Made by a program: the position numbers and the translations under genes
Source: a virus
Taxonomy: Duplodnaviria > Caudoviricetes
IMG/VR virus record: IMGVR_UViG_3300039208_000228
Coordinates: 1-36,510 of that record
Length of the DNA: 36,510 nucleotides
Reading direction: 5' to 3' (one strand)
Shown here: positions 15,024 through 23,013 of the stretch, piece by piece
Layout: each line of letters starts with the position of its first letter
How positions within the stretch are numbered: position 1 is the first letter of the stretch
Notes under the pieces: generated by a model
Told to the model about the DNA's origin: nothing
Databases searched by the model: none
What the model saw: only the letters and a program-made list of their open reading frames with translations

Positions 15024-15961
15024 AGAAGCTACTCTACTTGCCGTTATTGGTGCCAGGTGGTGCCTCTGAGCAGGTAGACCTGGAAGCTGCCTTTAGGAAG
15101 AAATACGATGTTAAGATTCTTGATCACTACAACACCAAACAACCAATGGAGAAGTTGGTCGAGATCGTTATGGACTTTAAGCCTGACTACGTACATGTTC
15201 AGTACTCAGACCGGATTAACCTGGATGTAGTAGAGAAGCTACGCAAAGACTTTCCCAAAACTATTTGGACTCACTGGACAGGAGATGCTCGTAGAGAACC
15301 CATCCCTCATATCGTTACGTGCGGTAAGGTGATGGATGCTACTTTCTTAGCAACAGGCATAGGGCAGAAAGAGAAGTATGAGAGGTTAACTGGTAAGCCA
15401 GTATTCTATTGGCAGCACGCAGCTGCAGATTGGCAGTTCTTAGACCCTCTACCAGAAGAAAGTAAGACAGACGTAGTGATGGTCGGTAATATATATGGTA
15501 GGGAAGTAGGGGCAAATCTTCGCATATCTCTTGCCCGAACGTTAACCAAGTTGTTTCCAACCTTCACTGCTTACGGTGGAGGGTACCCAACTGACGTTCG
15601 GAAGGGTGGGAGTATACCCTGGAAACAACAATCCGAGCTATTCAATCGAGCTGCTTTGACGATTGGACCTAACGCCTTCTGGGATATTGAAGGTTACTGG
15701 TCAGATAGACCTTTAATTGCCATGGCAGCAGGAACAACGCACTTATGGCATGAGGTACCAGGTTCTCCATTCGAAGACTGGCGAGACTGTGTTTACTGGT
15801 TAACTGTAGAAGATGTAGTCGGGAAGATTGGTTACCTATTAGAGAGACCGGAATTACGAAGAGAACTAGCACACCAGGGGCAAGTAGCAATTAAGAAGGC
15901 TCACACCTTCGATACCAGAGTGGAGGAATATGAAGCTGCTGTATCTACCCTTACTGTATGA
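15020..15961 (+). CDS. CgeB-like GT-B glycosyltransferase (Glyco_trans_1_2-type C-terminus), paralog 1
   Basis: FKPDYVH, WTGDAR, DVVMVGN, YWSDRPLIAMAAG and ELAHQG...HTFDTRV. Confidence 0.82.
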   Translation: MKKLLYLPLLVPGGASEQVDLEAAFRKKYDVKILDHYNTKQPMEKLVEIVMDFKPDYVHVQYSDRINLDVVEKLRKDFPKTIWTHWTGDARREPIPHIVTCGKVMDATFLATGIGQKEKYERLTGKPVFYWQHAAADWQFLDPLPEESKTDVVMVGNIYGREVGANLRISLARTLTKLFPTFTAYGGGYPTDVRKGGSIPWKQQSELFNRAALTIGPNAFWDIEGYWSDRPLIAMAAGTTHLWHEVPGSPFEDWRDCVYWLTVEDVVGKIGYLLERPELRRELAHQGQVAIKKAHTFDTRVEEYEAAVSTLTV

Positions 15962-16877
15962 AGGCACTAATAATGAACAGAAGTACTTAGAGGCAGAGTT
16001 TAGAAAACACTACGAGGTAGAAGTCTTTGACTTCATGAATACGCCGAATACCACGCCGGCTTTTCTCACTAAGGTCCAACAGTTCAAGCCAGACATTATC
16101 CATTGTCAGTTCCAGCAAACCAACAAGATTGATCCTCTAGCACTAAACAACCTCAAGTCCCTATATCCAAATACTGTTATCTCTCAGTGGGTTGGAGATG
16201 TACGCCCTGAGCCCTGTGAGTTCTACATGGAATACGCTAAATACTGTGATCTTAATATGGTGGTCTCAACCACTGACGTCGATACTTACACCAAGCTAGG
16301 CGTTAAGAATGTGCGGTATTGGCAAAACGCAGTTGCTCGTAAGCAGTTAGGTAAAGCAGACTCAGACCCACAGAACATTATCTTTTGTGGAGGACGCTAT
16401 ACAGTCTTCCCTAACTCGTCAGAACGAATCGAATTGATCGAACGCTTCTTGCGTGAGTTCCCAGGCAAAATGAACGTGTACGGTTTTGGATGGTCCGACC
16501 CCAAAAATCTGCTCCCCTGGGATTCGCAAACAGAGAATTATAGCAAGCACTACCTTATCCTCGGACATAACAACGTCCCAGGTAAGCGCTGGTGGTTTTC
16601 CGATCGACAACTAATTGCAATGGCATCTGGTCGTCCTCATCTCTGTCAGTATAGCGAGGACTTAGAGTTACTGTTTGACGATATGAAGGACTGTGTCTTC
16701 TATCGATCAATTGATGAAGCAGTCGAGAAAGCAAAGTGGTTATTAGCTCATCCTAAAGAGGCAGCCAAGATCGGTTATAATGGTAGAAAGAGGATCTATA
16801 GAGAACACCTATGGAAACACCGAGTAGCGGAATACCAGGAGTTTATAAATGAAGCACGATCACAAAGAAATCTGTAA
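15930..16877 (+). CDS. CgeB-like GT-B glycosyltransferase, paralog 2
   Basis: FKPDIIH, WVGDVR, IIFCGG, YGFGW, WFSDRQLIAMASG and KIGYNG...EHLWKHRV. Confidence 0.82.
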   Translation: MKLLYLPLLYEGTNNEQKYLEAEFRKHYEVEVFDFMNTPNTTPAFLTKVQQFKPDIIHCQFQQTNKIDPLALNNLKSLYPNTVISQWVGDVRPEPCEFYMEYAKYCDLNMVVSTTDVDTYTKLGVKNVRYWQNAVARKQLGKADSDPQNIIFCGGRYTVFPNSSERIELIERFLREFPGKMNVYGFGWSDPKNLLPWDSQTENYSKHYLILGHNNVPGKRWWFSDRQLIAMASGRPHLCQYSEDLELLFDDMKDCVFYRSIDEAVEKAKWLLAHPKEAAKIGYNGRKRIYREHLWKHRVAEYQEFINEARSQRNL

Positions 16878-17082
16878 GCACGATAAATTAAAGTATTGCA
16901 AAAAGTGTGAGCTGGTTCACTGTTTAAGTTGTGATAAAGAATGGCCTGAGACAGTAACTGAATATATTAATGTGCCAACTCCTTATAATCCTACGCCGAT
17001 CAACGTTCCTTCTGTTTGGCTTGATACAGCTACGCCCGACTTGGACCGTACAGTAATCACTTGTGCATCCACTTTGAATTAA
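16849..17082 (+). CDS. Small Cys-rich zinc-binding protein
   Basis: CKH..LKYCKKCELVHCLSCDKEW; its stop overlaps the convergent minus-strand stop. Confidence 0.65.
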   Translation: MKHDHKEICKHDKLKYCKKCELVHCLSCDKEWPETVTEYINVPTPYNPTPINVPSVWLDTATPDLDRTVITCASTLN

Positions 17083-17726
17083 AGAGGTGCTTCAGTAATC
17101 TTGTCGTACTTTTTGATTTCTAATAGTTGAGTAGCTCTTTTGTCTGTATTGAAGTGAGAATATTCTAGGTGACTACAGATGTCTTCTACAGCTTTGATCT
17201 TATAGCCAGCTTCTCTGAGTTTGATTGAGAAGTTTACATCTTCACCACCCCAGGGATTAGCTTGATCTTCTAGGTGAACAGGAAACTCATAATCTCCCTT
17301 AATCTTTTTGACATGTCTCCAAGGTTTAAGACTGAAGTAAGGTTTCTCTAGTTCGGCAAATACTTCACGTCGAATAAGCGCACAGCCGAAGCCAGTAGCG
17401 ACGATCTCACCATCTTTGTTACGGAAGATATTAGACTTACCACTACCTTTGCTTGGTGCATCAGCAATCACGATAGGTGAGCTCATATCTAACATTTTCT
17501 TTAGTAGCCCTTTAGGCATTACTTCATCATCATCAAGTAAGAGAATATGAGTGCCCTTAGACTCGAGGAAGGTTTTGATGAGCATATTACGAGCTCGATC
17601 AACTGGTGCTTCGGTGACAATGTGAAGACGCCAGGATTCTACGGTGCCCACCTCCCTGAAGACTGCGTTTAGAGTCTCGGTGAATACTACTCCCCTACTT
17701 GGAATAGACACATGGACATTCGCCAT
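17079..17726 (-). CDS. Glycosyltransferase family 2 (only credible minus-strand gene)
   Basis: VSIPSRG, VDRARNML, THILLLDDD (DxD), TGFGCALIRREVF and GEDVNFS.KLREAGYKI; GGAGG SD (cctcc 17731-17735). Confidence 0.88.
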   Translation of the reverse strand: MANVHVSIPSRGVVFTETLNAVFREVGTVESWRLHIVTEAPVDRARNMLIKTFLESKGTHILLLDDDEVMPKGLLKKMLDMSSPIVIADAPSKGSGKSNIFRNKDGEIVATGFGCALIRREVFAELEKPYFSLKPWRHVKKIKGDYEFPVHLEDQANPWGGEDVNFSIKLREAGYKIKAVEDICSHLEYSHFNTDKRATQLLEIKKYDKITEAPL

Positions 17727-17791
17727 AATACCTCCAAAAACGTTATAATTAACTTAAATATTACACAAAATAACGCAAAAAGGCGGGGATT
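17727..17791. promoter_or_regulatory. AT-rich divergent promoter region (GT2 / portal)
   Basis: TATAAT on + at 17744-17749; near-palindromic GTTATAATTAAC gives TATAAC on the - strand. Confidence 0.45.
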
Positions 17792-19645
17792 TTGGCAAAA
17801 AACGACGAATATACACAATTGGTAGTCGAGGCTTTTGACCTCGCTGCCGAAGCTCGTAAGCCACATGAGAAGAAGTGGGACGAGTACTATAAGCTATCTC
17901 GTGGCGTGGTAGGTAAGAAATCCAAGAAGTGGATGACGAACTACTTTGTTCCTTATACGCCAGCAATTCTAGACATCGTTGCCTCACGACTAGCAGCACA
18001 ACGACTACGAGGAAAGATCACTGGTGAGAACGAGGACTCACAGACTCGAGCTCCATTATTCGACCAGTTCATTGATTCACTCCAGAGAGATATGAACATC
18101 GAGTATCTGCAGGCAGTCTGGATCTATGAGATGTGTCGCTACGGTACAGCTTTTCTGAAGTTAGGCTGGAGACGAGAGAAGGCAGAACACCTTAAGAGAT
18201 CTAAGGGATTTATTGATCGAGCAATTAAATACTTTATGAATCTAGGTCAGGAAGTTAAAGAAGAAGACTTCCTTTATGATGGTCCAACCGTAGAGCAAGT
18301 AGACATCTACGATCTATTTTTCCATCCACAAGCTCGCTCAGTATCTGAGAGTCGCTTTGTCATTCACCGACGTGAGATGAGTAAGGATGAGATTCTTAAG
18401 AATCCTAACTTCAATAAGAATATGGATGCGGTTAAGAAGTTGAAGGCTAGTTCAGAAGAGATCGGTAAGTATCGCAAGAAGAGATTGCAAGCAGCTGGTC
18501 TTACTCCAGCACAGCAGAAACGGGTCAGTGCTTCGATGGGAGACGACTACTTCGAGGTCCTTGAATACCGAGGAATGTATGACATTGATAAGGATGGCGC
18601 AGACGAGGAAGTCGTTATCTCAGTTGTTAACCGCAACATCTGCGTTCAGTTCGAAGAGAATCCATACTACCTAGTTGACGAGATCTTTGTACCCGTTCGC
18701 TACAAGGTTGATCCAACTTCTATTTATGGCGTTAGTTTGTTGGAGGTTCTTAAGGAGCCTCAGTACATGCTCAATGATATTGCGAACCAAGCTGGCGACA
18801 TGCGTAAGCTGACACTCCAGCCGGTTATCAAGTTCAAGCCAAGCGCTAAGCTAGACGCTGAAGACATCAAGATTGTTCCAGGTCTACCAATTCCAACTGA
18901 AGATACAAACGATCTAGTCTTTGAGAGACCACCAGACTTCACCTCACAGTTAGAGTTCCTTAGCCGATCTACTCGCCAAATCATGCAGATTGCCTCAGGG
19001 GTCAATGATGTTTCTATTGGTGTACAGGATGCTGGCATGGTTACCGCTGACACCTTAGGAGGGTTAGAGATTGCTGAGCAACAGACTGCACTACGATATC
19101 GCTTGCCACAGGTAAATATTGACTCAGCTATGAAGGAGTTCGGTAATAAGCTAATTGCTTTGGTCCAACAGTTCTATGATCGAGAGAAGGAAGTAAAGAT
19201 CTTTGGACCTAAGGGCATTGAGTACCAGAAGATTGCTCCATTCCAGCTTATGGGTAAGTTCAGCTATCGCATGGATGTACAGTCAACTGGATTACAGTCA
19301 CGCCTTACCCGACAGTCTGCTGCAATCAAGATTAAGGAAATGTACGCTGGTGATGAGACTAAGAACCAAGAACAAATCGATCGTGAAGTACTCGAGTCAA
19401 TGGGCTTTGATGCCGAACGCTTTATGAATCCACAGGGCGGTGGCTTGCAGATCGATAAGGTTCAGGAGATGCTAGCTACTAAGACACCAGAACAAATTGA
19501 GCAGTACCTAGGACGACTCCGACCACAAGACCGTATGCTGATGGAGAAGGCTATGGCTGCTGCTGCAGGAGAAAGAGAGGTACCAGGTGCGGCGGACATC
19601 GAACCAGCGCAAAGCCCAGGCAATCAAGGAGCTCCTCAGGTCTGA
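17792..19645 (+). CDS. Portal protein (P22-like/podoviral)
   Basis: 617 aa, directly before the scaffold and capsid; GTAFLKLGW, DLFFHP, YGVSLLEVL..PQ..LN and SGVNDV.IG; long helical C-terminus. Confidence 0.85.
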   Translation: MAKNDEYTQLVVEAFDLAAEARKPHEKKWDEYYKLSRGVVGKKSKKWMTNYFVPYTPAILDIVASRLAAQRLRGKITGENEDSQTRAPLFDQFIDSLQRDMNIEYLQAVWIYEMCRYGTAFLKLGWRREKAEHLKRSKGFIDRAIKYFMNLGQEVKEEDFLYDGPTVEQVDIYDLFFHPQARSVSESRFVIHRREMSKDEILKNPNFNKNMDAVKKLKASSEEIGKYRKKRLQAAGLTPAQQKRVSASMGDDYFEVLEYRGMYDIDKDGADEEVVISVVNRNICVQFEENPYYLVDEIFVPVRYKVDPTSIYGVSLLEVLKEPQYMLNDIANQAGDMRKLTLQPVIKFKPSAKLDAEDIKIVPGLPIPTEDTNDLVFERPPDFTSQLEFLSRSTRQIMQIASGVNDVSIGVQDAGMVTADTLGGLEIAEQQTALRYRLPQVNIDSAMKEFGNKLIALVQQFYDREKEVKIFGPKGIEYQKIAPFQLMGKFSYRMDVQSTGLQSRLTRQSAAIKIKEMYAGDETKNQEQIDREVLESMGFDAERFMNPQGGGLQIDKVQEMLATKTPEQIEQYLGRLRPQDRMLMEKAMAAAAGEREVPGAADIEPAQSPGNQGAPQV

Positions 19646-19823
19646 GGGTTGGAAAGTACTCGACGAAGCTCTAAAGCAATCTAGGGCAGATGCTCTTGAG
19701 GGTGCAATTTATGACTTCGAGAACTCGTCTATTCATGCTGCTAAGGTGATAGGGATAGACGAGCTTTATCGGATGATTAATTTAGTAGCGGCTAAAGACA
19801 AAGCCGAGCGTTCAAACAAATAA
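19587..19823 (+). CDS. Small post-portal head-associated protein
   Basis: AIKELLRSEGWKVL, a pattern typical of small proteins encoded between portal and scaffold. Confidence 0.6.
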   Translation: MRRTSNQRKAQAIKELLRSEGWKVLDEALKQSRADALEGAIYDFENSSIHAAKVIGIDELYRMINLVAAKDKAERSNK

Positions 19824-19901
19824 TCGTATATAATAGAAGTATCCAAACAAACACTCCAGGCAGAGGGTGAACTGCCAAATCAAACACCAAAGGAGAGATG
19901 A

Positions 19902-20630
19902 ATGGACCAGGAAGAGACGCAGGTTGCTCCTGCAGAAGCAGCAGAACCTACACCTCAACCAGAACCTCAGCCAGAGGAATCGCAGGGGAGTGAACCCCAG
20001 ACCAACGCCGAGCCAGAAGGCAGAGACGAGGGCAACTCGGACAAGATGATTGAGATCCCAGCCAAAAAGTGGCGGGAAAAGAACATCTCCGAGCGTAAGC
20101 TCAAAGAGGAATTGGCTAAATACCAAACTCCAAGAGAACCCTCACAACCTTCACAATCCGCAGAACAACCTCAGAATGAGACAGACGCCACGATCAAACA
20201 GATCGCTGAAGCAGTTAAGGCGGAGCTTGCTCCAAGCCTAGGCTCGCTCAAGCATCTGGAGAAGATGTCTTATCAGCAAGCTGTTGAAGAAGTTTCTCAG
20301 AAGCCTTACGCCGAAGAGTTAGTTGGTGACATTGCAAACATTTATGCAAACGCACCTGAACTTCAAAACATGCCGGTGACTGAACGCATGCAAGCCGCTT
20401 ATAAGTGGGCAGTAGCAGAGAACATCGACAAGATCACCGCCAAGTCTCATCAATCGGGTTATGATGCGTCCTATCAGAAACAAGCAGAGAAACAGTCTGC
20501 AGAGGGGATGCAAGCGGGGGGAGCCCAGAGCCGAGAAGCGGGTGAGTTCACTCCAGAACAAATTCGCAACATGTCTCCAGCCGAATACAACAAGAACAAA
20601 GACAGAATCTTCGCTCAGTACGGGATGTAA
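19902..20630 (+). CDS. Capsid scaffolding protein
   Basis: Acidic P/Q/E-rich N-terminus, helical body, C-terminal TPEQIRNMSPAEY; directly upstream of the capsid gene; AAGGAG SD. Confidence 0.8.
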   Translation: MDQEETQVAPAEAAEPTPQPEPQPEESQGSEPQTNAEPEGRDEGNSDKMIEIPAKKWREKNISERKLKEELAKYQTPREPSQPSQSAEQPQNETDATIKQIAEAVKAELAPSLGSLKHLEKMSYQQAVEEVSQKPYAEELVGDIANIYANAPELQNMPVTERMQAAYKWAVAENIDKITAKSHQSGYDASYQKQAEKQSAEGMQAGGAQSREAGEFTPEQIRNMSPAEYNKNKDRIFAQYGM

Positions 20631-20674
20631 CCTCTAAGCACTCTAAACAGACTCTTCTCACAAGGAGTCTATAA

Positions 20675-21550
20675 ATGGCATTAGGTACAGATCACATTGA
20701 TGCCACAACGCATGATATCTTTCGACCAGAAGTCTGGGCGCAAGAGACTCAGCGTGCTGCTGAACCTGCCAAAGTCATGTCCAAGCTCGTCAAGAGAATG
20801 GATAATGAAGTTGCAGCTTACGGCGACGTCATCAATGTTCAAACAATTGCTCAGTTGACTGCTTCGGCAAAATCAACTGACACCCAAGTAAGTCTACAAG
20901 CTCCATCAGAGAGCAACATCGCAATCAACATCAACCGCTACTTCGAGTCATCTTTCTTAGTTGAAGATAATCTCGCCAAGCAATCTAAAGTAAACCTCAT
21001 GAAGGAATACGTTAGTAAAGCGGCTGAGTCGATTGAGCGACAAAAGGATAGCGATCTTACTGGTCTCTACTCCGGTTTGTCCCAGCAAGTCGGTGATACT
21101 GGTTCTAGCTTAACCGAAGCTAACTTCGTACGAGCTATCCAGTACCTCGATGATGCTGATGCACCACAAGACGATCGTCACTTTGTTGCCAAGCCAGTAG
21201 CTAAAGCTGACCTTCTCAAGATCAACAAGTTCACCGGTGTAACCATCGGTTCTAGCGCTACCTCACCAGGTGCCGTTCGAACAATGAACATTGTTGAGAC
21301 TGGTAAATTCGGTGAGCTCTACGGTGTTGAAGTTCATATCAGCACTAACGTAGCTGCCGATGCTACCACCGCTACTCTCTATCACAACTTGCTTTTCCAT
21401 CGAGAAGCTTTTGTCCTAGCAGAGCAGTTGGCTACTACTTCAGAAACCAGCCGAGTCCACGAGTATCTTGGTCACCTCCACACCGCTTACGGTCTATGGG
21501 GTCGAGCAGAATACCGAGACGACCACGCTGTCGACGTACGAACTACCTAG
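20675..21550 (+). CDS. Major capsid protein (HK97 fold, P22/T7-like)
   Basis: FRPEVWAQE...GDVINV..., LDDADAP.DDR.FV, G.FGELYGVEV..S.N, LLFHREAF and YG...YR; AAGGAG SD; followed by a strong hairpin. Confidence 0.9.
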   Translation: MALGTDHIDATTHDIFRPEVWAQETQRAAEPAKVMSKLVKRMDNEVAAYGDVINVQTIAQLTASAKSTDTQVSLQAPSESNIAININRYFESSFLVEDNLAKQSKVNLMKEYVSKAAESIERQKDSDLTGLYSGLSQQVGDTGSSLTEANFVRAIQYLDDADAPQDDRHFVAKPVAKADLLKINKFTGVTIGSSATSPGAVRTMNIVETGKFGELYGVEVHISTNVAADATTATLYHNLLFHREAFVLAEQLATTSETSRVHEYLGHLHTAYGLWGRAEYRDDHAVDVRTT

Positions 21551-21558
21551 TTCGTTAT

Positions 21559-21595
21559 TCCAGCACGAGCCTCCCTTTTGGGGGGCTTGGCTGGA
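21559..21595 (+). terminator. Stem-loop after the capsid gene (weak terminator or mRNA stabiliser)
   Basis: TCCAGC(A)CGAGCCTCCC-TTTT-GGGGGGCTTGGCTGGA with no long T-tract after it. Confidence 0.6.
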
Positions 21596-21608
21596 TTAAG
21601 GAGGCAAA

Positions 21609-22058
21609 TTGCCAAAGGTAATTCACAATAAGACAAGGGTGAATCAAAAGTATGCGGGGACTCAGGTCACCGAGTACAAGTGTCCAAGCTGTGATTACGC
21701 AGAAAACGTAAACCAGTGGTCACGGAAATCATTACATTGTCCGAAGTGCGATACTGTGGGGCAGCACACGGTCATGCGTAAAGCAAAGGTCATCTCAGCT
21801 CACAAAGCTGATGAGATCCGAGCAAGGCAAGCAGTGCGAGAACCAGGTGAAGAGTTTGCCGATAACAATCCATTAGATGCCTGGGAGATGGGCGCTGTCC
21901 AGCCTCGGAAATCTAAAGTGCAGTCAGTAGGAGCTGGTCCAGGACTAGATGTTCACATCAACAAGAATAAGAGCTGTTGGGAGAATAAGATCGTCCATAT
22001 TAATGGCTACCCTTATCGCTTAGCCGATCTTGGTGGAGCGTTGAAGGGGTCACTATGA
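21609..22058 (+). CDS. Zinc-ribbon hypothetical protein
   Basis: CPSC...CPKC; AAGGAGG SD with TTG start. Confidence 0.7.
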   Translation: MPKVIHNKTRVNQKYAGTQVTEYKCPSCDYAENVNQWSRKSLHCPKCDTVGQHTVMRKAKVISAHKADEIRARQAVREPGEEFADNNPLDAWEMGAVQPRKSKVQSVGAGPGLDVHINKNKSCWENKIVHINGYPYRLADLGGALKGSL

Positions 22059-22453
22059 GGCGCATGGGGACCTGGGATGCTCGAGGGCGTTTAACTGCTC
22101 GCCCTGCTAAAGGTGGACTAGATCCTACAGATCCAGCTAACAAGACTCCTGTCTATCTTAGAAACTCTCATGGAATTCCCGTGGTAGTAGAGAAGTGGTT
22201 AGCACATGACATTCTCAATGACTCCACTAAGCGGGGTTGGAAGAAGTCGACCAAAGCAGCTTACGAGAAGCACTTAAAGGAATATAAGCCCACTAAACTC
22301 GACAAGAAGTACGAGGAACTGATGAAGCAGCAGCAAGGGGTTGGTGGCGACAAGAAGGTAGAAGAGTTAGAAAAACAGATTTCCACATTAACTGAGACGG
22401 TGAGCAAATTAATCAACAAGCTCGACGACTCAGCTAAAGGGGAGGAGAAATAA
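22055..22453 (+). CDS. Hypothetical protein with C-terminal coiled coil
   Basis: ATGA overlap; VEELEKQISTLTETVSKL. Confidence 0.7.
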   Translation: MRRMGTWDARGRLTARPAKGGLDPTDPANKTPVYLRNSHGIPVVVEKWLAHDILNDSTKRGWKKSTKAAYEKHLKEYKPTKLDKKYEELMKQQQGVGGDKKVEELEKQISTLTETVSKLINKLDDSAKGEEK

Positions 22454-22454
22454 T

Positions 22455-23000
22455 ATGGCAGATTGGATTGAGGGCACGACCGCTACAGAAGGTCACGGCC
22501 CACTTATTATGGTCCGGGACTCTAATAACAATATTGTCCCAGCAAAAGGAAACGCTGACGGTACGGTAAACGTTACCGGCGGTGGAGGAGGGGTCGAGTA
22601 CACCGAAGGTGATACCGATTCAACAATTACTGGTTCCGCATTGATGTGGGAGGATTCAGGCGATACGCTTCGAGCAGTTTCTGCTGCAAAGCCTCTACCT
22701 GTAACTTCTAGCGGTGGTATCACAGGTATTGCTCACGGAGTTAAGACAGTAACCACTGCAGGCACTGACGAAGCACTAGCTGGGTCTACATCTTGCAAGA
22801 AAGTAACGATTCAAGCTCAGACAGATAACACTGGGTTAATTGCTGTCGGTGGATCTGGTGTTGATGCAACGGTAGCTACAGGAACAGGTGTAGTACTCAA
22901 CCCAGGTGATTCTTTTGAACTAGAGATTGATGATTTAGCAGATGTGTATGTTGACGCTACCGTCGATGGTGAAGGTGTCAGATATACGTACTTCACATAG
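22455..23000 (+). CDS. Virion structural/decoration protein (G/T/S-rich, beta-rich)
   Basis: Composition and position in the head module; GGAGGAG SD. Confidence 0.65.
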   Translation: MADWIEGTTATEGHGPLIMVRDSNNNIVPAKGNADGTVNVTGGGGGVEYTEGDTDSTITGSALMWEDSGDTLRAVSAAKPLPVTSSGGITGIAHGVKTVTTAGTDEALAGSTSCKKVTIQAQTDNTGLIAVGGSGVDATVATGTGVVLNPGDSFELEIDDLADVYVDATVDGEGVRYTYFT

Positions 23001-23013
23001 AAAGGGGTATTGA

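Noticed and set aside
10640-17726. Glycosyltransferases as a DNA hypermodification system or a Gtr-type serotype-conversion cassette
   Set aside because: I see no hydroxymethylase, TET/JBP or phage polymerase, no membrane GtrA/GtrC/Wzy proteins and no integrase. Not excluded, but less supported than virion glycosylation.
21520-21610. Capsid C-terminal extension by frameshift or read-through
   Set aside because: No slippery heptamer precedes the TAG, and the next gene has its own AAGGAGG SD.
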